Virus record (IMG/VR): IMGVR_UViG_3300025168_000049
Span: 1 to 64,000 of that record
DNA length: 64,000 nucleotides
Reading direction: 5' to 3' (one strand)
Origin: a virus
Shown here: positions 58,601 through 64,000 of the stretch, in pieces
How positions within the stretch are numbered: position 1 is the stretch's first letter
How the letters are laid out: each line of letters opens with the position of its first letter
Position numbers and translations under genes: made by a program
Notes under the pieces: generated by a model
Told to the model about the DNA's origin: nothing
The model's database searches: none
What the model saw: only the letters and a program-made list of their open reading frames with translations

Positions 58601-59038
58601 ATGTATGTAGATGAATTTAATTCTGCAGCAGATGCAGCTACATTTGATAGAAAATTAGATGCTGTACAATCTGGTGTACAAGGTGTAGCAGGTATGTGGA
58701 ATGACCAACAAAATAGAAATACACAAGAGCGTATAGCTTTTGCTGAAGCAGGTAATAGAGGAACCTATGAGAGAGAAAGAGCTAAGTGGGACTCTAAAAA
58801 TGAGAGTGAAAGATTAACCGCTTCTAATAGTAGTACTTCAGAAAGCAGTACTTCAACTACTAAACGTACTTTTGTAACAGGAGCAGATGGCACTAAATAT
58901 TGGAGTGACGGAACTTCAGAGAAACCTGGCAGCGCAGAAACAGGCGGGCCAAGGTATAATACAGAGTTTAAAAAACGTTTAGCTCGTAAAGGAGGTGTTC
59001 ATGAAGGTTCTGCTTCGTGGAAAAGAATGTTTGGATAA
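55643..59038 (+). CDS. Internal virion cargo protein (mosaic)
   Basis: G.THEEGGI...EVEDGE...FS.KLG core, hydrophobic segments, Q/N-rich helical C-terminus. Confidence 0.65.
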   Translation: MNRRFINKLRNKYATGGELMTNSMDPAPMGQLEESSTVPYGSVPTYEAQGNNVPKPPSTTMAPVTGGTDPKVLKAERDKLALMDEATLRAYYTEMYTNQVTPVIPFGQTRFSNDPGYGQGSTRFNYSHTQDKSAFNNIYTLTDYDPTNEGEQDVNVRNIDAANYIYGNTTDGLIATTTKFEEDRTTQNAANALLDGDEKEADRITTNQVNRTIINDLINQKGSYYEEGWTIGDGGKPVPPVNQGQFNRDLMREEAESWEKEKNRLIEAGIMGDGSQPVVIEDDAKFNVAALPMVVASGVFAAGQWGLNPAADALFLESLVLAGISTITYKELQGMYKNYQEGATMQRTIDAHGKQMEIDFGASASTATSAAGSHPNGPEYDPKKDPDKSRAAKFAEAVKKWGKNAGKLVWNKYTRKFGIYVIVGGTGRFIYEVIKHGGIGNTPDGQNRNDKKKEKTLDNDEWIANPADPSGWTLMNPATGDIYDKRTGNHFTKDGEPIKNRGQNYEFGGSRNTLDRMRQYSRGGEALPGGMMESIPGSDAVKFNGQTHEEGGIELDSRTEVEDGETMDKVNMSKGGPSDYFFSKKLGFADKHERLLANGGSQTDINYLAKMQEKAAGRNPSKIAAEYGGVRKFEEGGANRKTDRQYAYGEDYTENVGGAHGEAGYTGLGSDGSYTPTDPGEEGYANTQSSIGKKGNNYWGDKHIMSDEGRKDFYNRNKNILNGMDINSWEDYDPAKHAGDFQKAFNTDLKERYNKDENLRNSLKSRGINSVEDFTQQAGFHNKGHKSKRLDNAHGEYTWSRTSAYNEPEDKEIIPPTDDGGGDEEITTTDLKVQNQKKGFNLLGAAQLIPAAMAFMDKPDYMESPDLVAPGIVVPERISKTHLERVNYNNQRDKEDRNYQGLRQDINTSGIGGGSAMSNRLAAYAMSEANQRKIDADESNVNVQIGNQEGTMDQQRKGENASNMLSASTTNASNYLDADKTNAKNAMYVDEFNSAADAATFDRKLDAVQSGVQGVAGMWNDQQNRNTQERIAFAEAGNRGTYERERAKWDSKNESERLTASNSSTSESSTSTTKRTFVTGADGTKYWSDGTSEKPGSAETGGPRYNTEFKKRLARKGGVHEGSASWKRMFG

Positions 59039-59049
59039 AATATAATAAT

Positions 59050-61704
59050 ATGGCAAATAAATATAGTAAGTATGCATTAAAACCTTATGTAAGTACTTAT
59101 GTAGATCCTGGATCTGTGAAAGTTAATCAGATTCTAGCAGAGCGTTACGACAAAAATAAAGAAAAGAAAGACTTAGTTGATAGAACATTAGGCTCTTTTA
59201 ATGCTTTACAGGGGGACCAGTATTTGGTTCAAGAAGCAAAGAATGAGGTTAGGAGCTCATTAAAAGGTATTGTACAAAATGGTAATTATGAAGATGCTGG
59301 GCTGTTAATTGATGAAGCTATTGTCAGAATGGATACTGATAGAGGACTATTAGCTGCTAAAAAATCATATGATAATAGAGCTCAAGAATTAGAATGGATT
59401 AAAAAAGCTACTTTTGAAGGACAACAAGTTTTAGATTTTGGAAGAGGTAGAGCGGAGAATCATAATTCTTATACTACAAACTCTGAGTCTGGAGCCCTGG
59501 AAGAAAATATATACCAACCTTTATCTGAAGCACAGTTAGATTATAATGGAGCAATGTCTAAACTTGTAAAAGGAATTAAAGGTGGTACCTATGGTGTAAG
59601 TCAAGGACACGCCAATAATATAGCTAAAGGTTTATATCTTAATTACATAAGAAGTAACGAGGGTAAGCAAGATTTTAGACGTTTAATGGAATTAGAGTTA
59701 CCTCAAACATTGTCTTATGATGAAAGAGAGACATTGGCTGCACAAGATATTATGAAACGTCTTAAATCGTTTACAAATCAATATGTTCATCAATTGGTTC
59801 CTAAAAATAAAAAGGATAAAAACATAAATGGAAGGACGGAGAAAGAGCAGCAGATAGTTACTAACACCATGAATAAGATTAAAGGTAATAATGATTGGGC
59901 GACTAGTAATGGTTATAAGGCTACTGATGTAGCTAGTATAGAAGATGAAACTTGGTTTAATGAAAAACTATTAAATTTAAATAATAAAGCTATTACCCAG
60001 TATATGCTAAAAACTGATGAAGGCACACAAAAGGGTAATGAGTATATGCAGATGAAGCAGGATCAGATTATCACTATGTCTCAAATTCCTACAAATCAAG
60101 GAGGATATACGGATGTAGAAGCTAGAAAATTTAAGTATCAAATGGTTGACCAGTTTTTGACTGAAGAGAAAATGCTGACTTTTACAGAATGGCAGGCACA
60201 AAATCCTACTTTATTAGTAGATCAAGACAGTAAACCTCTTCCTACGGGACAACAAGTCTCTAAATATAGAGAGTATAAAGAACAAGATAAATTTAGAACT
60301 AATCCTGATCTAGTTAAATTTGGTTCATATATCAATTATGTTACTGATGAATCTTGGTCTATAGCAAGTTTACTCCAGCCTGAATATGAGAATATAGATG
60401 CGGGTGATGCAACAATAGGATTAGGTGCGGATATTACAAAGAAAGCTATTGGATATGGATTAGACAAAGTATTTAAAACCGGTTTAAGTAAATTTGCTGG
60501 TGGCTGGATGTTCACAGGCCTTGGGCTAGGCTCGGATATAGGAGAGCTTACATATGAATGGGCAAATAATGCATTGGATCCAAATGATAATGTAAGACAA
60601 TCGAATAGACAACAAGGTGGAGGTGAAGATAATTTGTGGACACAGATGGGCACCATGAATGAGTTAGACCGATTATTAGAAAATATTACTCATATTAAAC
60701 GTCTAAATAATCAACTAGGAACACACTTTACAGAAGAGGATATACCAATGCTACAAGAAAAAGCAGAGAACGTTTATAGATTCCAAACAGGAGCAGATGG
60801 TGCAAATGACGATCCTAATGTACGTACTGGAGATGAGTTAACAGATATATTTAATGACTATGATGGAGAAGTTTATGAAGGTAAATACTTTAAACCTAAT
60901 ATTGCTTCTAATGCGGGTCTAGACGCAGCAAAGAAAGCTAATGAAGGACTTTCTTTTTATGCTCCTAGTGACTTTAATGTTTGGGGTGTTACTGAAGGTA
61001 GTGATCCTTGGAAGGAGATTTTCAGTGATGGTATAGGAGCATTAAAAATAGAAGGTGTAATTGCACCCTCTTTAATGACTTCTACACAAACTAAATTTGT
61101 ATTGCAAAAACCTGGGAAAGGAGATAAGAAAACAAAACGATATTTGGCTAATATGAAAGAGGGTGAAGGTATGGATAAGATGGGACTAGAGAATCCAAAC
61201 AACGCAGCATCAGCAAGATTAGGGCATTATAACTTTGTTGTAATGAATGATGCTATTATGCAACTAGAAGGAGATCACTCAGTAACACTACTTGAACTTA
61301 GCACAGCTATAAATAACTCTTTAGTAGGTCCTCAAGGAAATGGAGGTTTACGACAGGATTTAATGACATTTGATAAGGATGAGGTTGTTCTTGGCCAACA
61401 GGAGATTAATGAGGCTTATATGGAAACTATGTTAATGTTCCTTGAGCAGAGTCCTGAAGGATTGGCCATTGTTATGGATACTCAAGATCAAATAGAAAGT
61501 GTATTAGATGCAGAGTATGGACTTAAAAGAGATGAGAGTGGAAAAGTAACGGAAGCTCCAGAAGGGTTTGATCCTTCTGTTTATGAAAAGGTATATAATC
61601 AAACTTTTCAAAAAATGATGTTTTGGGGAGATAATGCTTTCTGTACTAATGATAAATTTATTATTAGAGATTCATATGGAGGCTACAGCAAAACTATAAA
61701 TTAA
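59050..61704 (+). CDS. Internal virion cargo protein
   Basis: Start MANKYS; PYVSTYV motif; helical; synteny. Confidence 0.6.
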   Translation: MANKYSKYALKPYVSTYVDPGSVKVNQILAERYDKNKEKKDLVDRTLGSFNALQGDQYLVQEAKNEVRSSLKGIVQNGNYEDAGLLIDEAIVRMDTDRGLLAAKKSYDNRAQELEWIKKATFEGQQVLDFGRGRAENHNSYTTNSESGALEENIYQPLSEAQLDYNGAMSKLVKGIKGGTYGVSQGHANNIAKGLYLNYIRSNEGKQDFRRLMELELPQTLSYDERETLAAQDIMKRLKSFTNQYVHQLVPKNKKDKNINGRTEKEQQIVTNTMNKIKGNNDWATSNGYKATDVASIEDETWFNEKLLNLNNKAITQYMLKTDEGTQKGNEYMQMKQDQIITMSQIPTNQGGYTDVEARKFKYQMVDQFLTEEKMLTFTEWQAQNPTLLVDQDSKPLPTGQQVSKYREYKEQDKFRTNPDLVKFGSYINYVTDESWSIASLLQPEYENIDAGDATIGLGADITKKAIGYGLDKVFKTGLSKFAGGWMFTGLGLGSDIGELTYEWANNALDPNDNVRQSNRQQGGGEDNLWTQMGTMNELDRLLENITHIKRLNNQLGTHFTEEDIPMLQEKAENVYRFQTGADGANDDPNVRTGDELTDIFNDYDGEVYEGKYFKPNIASNAGLDAAKKANEGLSFYAPSDFNVWGVTEGSDPWKEIFSDGIGALKIEGVIAPSLMTSTQTKFVLQKPGKGDKKTKRYLANMKEGEGMDKMGLENPNNAASARLGHYNFVVMNDAIMQLEGDHSVTLLELSTAINNSLVGPQGNGGLRQDLMTFDKDEVVLGQQEINEAYMETMLMFLEQSPEGLAIVMDTQDQIESVLDAEYGLKRDESGKVTEAPEGFDPSVYEKVYNQTFQKMMFWGDNAFCTNDKFIIRDSYGGYSKTIN

Positions 61705-61707
61705 AAC

Positions 61708-64000
61708 ATGGCCAAGAAAAAATTTGAAGTGACTGGAGAAGGGAGCTTATTAGATGCTCCAATATTAGCAGCTCCTGAAGACGGAGTTAACACTGTTACA
61801 GCTCCTGGAGTACCAGAGGTCGAGGAAGAAATTCCATTATCTCAAACTGCTTTAGAAGGAATAAGTAAAGTTGAAGCTAATATTCAAGATAGAATTTCTC
61901 AAGGGGGAATGTATACAGAGACCCCAACAGCTATGCAAAAACCTCTTTATGGCGAGCTGCTTCACGATAAGTCAGTTGAAGACTATGCTGATTATATTGA
62001 CAGACCTTTTTCTTTTATTACTGATGATGCTGATGACTTAAGAGCATACGGACAAACTACTGGTGAAAAGTGGAAATACGCTTTACCTAAACTTGTTACA
62101 CGTGTAGGTACAAACATTTTAGGATCTACAGTAGGACTAGTTTATGGAGGAGGCCAATTCTTATCAGAGTTAGGTACAGAAAATAGTGCCACACATGCGT
62201 TTTTTGATAATGACTTTCAACGATCTTTAGATGGTATAAATGACTATATGGATGGAGCTCTTCCACACTATTATACTAAAGAAGAGCAAAATTATAATTT
62301 CTGGCAATCTGCAGGTACAGCAAACTTTTGGGCTAATGATTTTAGTCAAGGACTTTCTTTTGTAATTGGAGCTGTTCTTTCTGAATACTTATCTGCTGGT
62401 TTAGGTACTGCTATGGTGAATACTAAAGCAGCTACATTATTTAAAAGATTGGGTAAACCTGCTAAGTACAGTAAGGCAGATGATGCTGCATCGAGCGTCA
62501 CTTCTAAAATGAAAAATAATATTGTTGCGCCTCAACGAGTTAGAAACGTGGCAACTACTGCAAGACAGTTAGGTACAGGTGCTATGTATGAGGCTGGGGT
62601 AGAAGCAAGACACCACTATGATGCAACTTTAGAAAATTTAATGGCATCTTATAAAGAAGAGCACAATTTAAAACAAAATGATGTAATTCCTGCAGACGAT
62701 TTAAAAGGGTTGATTGATATAACAACTATGAGTTCTAACGCTGTATTTGCTTCTAATGTAGCATTAGTAGGATATGGTAACTACATGATGTTCCCTAAGA
62801 TATTTGGTAAAGGCTATAATTCAACTAGAGGAACATTGTCTAAAAAAATAAAAAGCGAACTAACTAATAAAGGTAGAGCGTACAAAGAGTTATTTAAAGA
62901 TATAGGTAAGACAGAATCTTTGATGAGGAATTCTTGGAAGGTTCTTAAAGTACCTTTATATGAAGGATTTGTAGAGGAAGGAGGTCAAAAATTAATGGAC
63001 CTTACTGGACAAGGCGCTGCAGAGAATTTTTATGCGTCTAAACGTGATCCAAGTATGACTGGCATGGTTAGTGAAATGGTGTTAAACATTAATGATAAAT
63101 TTGGAGAAACTTACGGTAGTAAAGAGGGCCAGAAAGAAATTGGTATAGGATTTATCTTAGGAGCTTTAGGATTACCAGGTAAGTCACGATCATCGTCTAC
63201 TAGTGAGAAAGGCGGATGGAGTATGCAGGGTGGTGTATGGGATACATTTAGAGATATGAAATCACAAAAAACTGCTATTTCTGCTCTAAAAGCTAACTTG
63301 GAGAAATCAACCTCAATGAAAGAAGCATTTGAGCGTAATTTTGATGCTTTAGTTAGAGCAAATGTAATACAAGATAGTAAAGATTTTGCTATGATTATTG
63401 ATAGTCCCTTTATGTACAAGAATGCAGAAGAGGACGAAATATTCAATTATATCAATTCTCGATTACAAGCTGGGTTTGAATCAGAGATATTAGATAATAT
63501 TGATCATATTAGAAATATGAGTAATGAGGAGTTTAGAGATAGTTTCTTATACAATGAGAAAAATGATCTAAGTGATGAAGCTTTACAAAAAAGAAAAAAT
63601 GCAATCGCAGATATGATGCTAGATCGGGTTACCAAGATAAAGCAAACTACCGATATGATAGATAGAACATTTATCAATTGGGGACAAGACCAAAAAACTG
63701 CAGTTATACATGCGCTATCTATTGCAGATAATGCAGATATAAGAGAGAGTGGTATTATAGAAGCAATAGAAGCAGCAACAGGGATGACCTTAGAAGGAGA
63801 AGCAGTTGAATCTATTGCAGAAAGAGATAAAAGAGAAGATAACAATTCTAGAGTTAGGGCAAGGACTATTTGGGGTAGACTTTCGCAAAAAAGAAAAGAT
63901 GAGATTAATAACATGCCTATTACGAGAGAGTTAAAACGTAAGTTAGGTATTAGAGAATTTACAGATCCTACGCATTTAGAAGAATTGATGCACACTTTAC
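61708..64000 (+). CDS. Very large internal virion protein, N-terminal part (possibly virion RNA polymerase-associated); runs off the window end
   Basis: ATG 61708 (MAKKKFEV...), apparently open to window end; RA..Q, P.YYT..E, NFW..D...G..F motifs; no RNAP catalytic motif within the window. Confidence 0.65.
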   Translation, partial: MAKKKFEVTGEGSLLDAPILAAPEDGVNTVTAPGVPEVEEEIPLSQTALEGISKVEANIQDRISQGGMYTETPTAMQKPLYGELLHDKSVEDYADYIDRPFSFITDDADDLRAYGQTTGEKWKYALPKLVTRVGTNILGSTVGLVYGGGQFLSELGTENSATHAFFDNDFQRSLDGINDYMDGALPHYYTKEEQNYNFWQSAGTANFWANDFSQGLSFVIGAVLSEYLSAGLGTAMVNTKAATLFKRLGKPAKYSKADDAASSVTSKMKNNIVAPQRVRNVATTARQLGTGAMYEAGVEARHHYDATLENLMASYKEEHNLKQNDVIPADDLKGLIDITTMSSNAVFASNVALVGYGNYMMFPKIFGKGYNSTRGTLSKKIKSELTNKGRAYKELFKDIGKTESLMRNSWKVLKVPLYEGFVEEGGQKLMDLTGQGAAENFYASKRDPSMTGMVSEMVLNINDKFGETYGSKEGQKEIGIGFILGALGLPGKSRSSSTSEKGGWSMQGGVWDTFRDMKSQKTAISALKANLEKSTSMKEAFERNFDALVRANVIQDSKDFAMIIDSPFMYKNAEEDEIFNYINSRLQAGFESEILDNIDHIRNMSNEEFRDSFLYNEKNDLSDEALQKRKNAIADMMLDRVTKIKQTTDMIDRTFINWGQDQKTAVIHALSIADNADIRESGIIEAIEAATGMTLEGEAVESIAERDKREDNNSRVRARTIWGRLSQKRKDEINNMPITRELKRKLGIREFTDPTHLEELMHTL

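Noticed and set aside
384-63995. Short antisense or nested ORFs in the track (e.g. 384-653, 7142-7483, 23533-23844, 63504-63995)
   Set aside because: They lie opposite or inside well-supported genes and have no motifs
1-64000. Stop-codon reassignment (TAG/TGA), common in gut crAss-like phages
   Set aside because: Long genes are intact under the standard code, and both TAG and TGA act as terminal stops
1-64000. tRNA genes, CRISPR arrays, integrase, transposase, reverse transcriptase/DGR
   Set aside because: No T-arm cloverleaf, regularly spaced repeats or relevant protein motifs were seen; a tRNAscan run would be needed to be certain

Overview
A 64-kb segment of a lytic crAss-like (Crassvirales-type) phage genome in the standard genetic code. 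The host is probably Bacteroidota, likely an aquatic flavobacterium: there are TAnnTTTG promoters, AT-rich starts without Shine-Dalgarno sites, and SprB-like modules. The left arm (1-14631, minus strand) holds small early genes followed by PolA, SF2 helicase, DnaB, AAA ATPase, SSB, primase, a PD-(D/E)xK nuclease, a spore-photoproduct-lyase-like radical SAM enzyme and an rIIA-like GHKL protein. The right arm (15139-64000, plus strand) holds GroES, terminase, portal, capsid, ring/tail proteins, a 2701-aa Cys-rich fibre, lysis genes and internal cargo proteins. Four things stand out. (1) A ~690-nt ORF-free, end-paired candidate large RNA with GNRA tetraloops at 12182-12867, plus a second ~235-nt structured RNA at the strand switch. 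(2) A portal-adjacent 909-aa protein combining a pesticin-type muramidase, a PT-TG pre-toxin domain and a kinase-like domain, with no immunity gene. (3) A recurrent [YFM]xxGG motif that brackets modules in this and three other putative internal virion proteins, suggesting a polyprotein processing or capsid-loading system. (4) A fixed-spacing upstream element at two late promoters. All family assignments come from motif recognition by eye; no database search or folding program was run.
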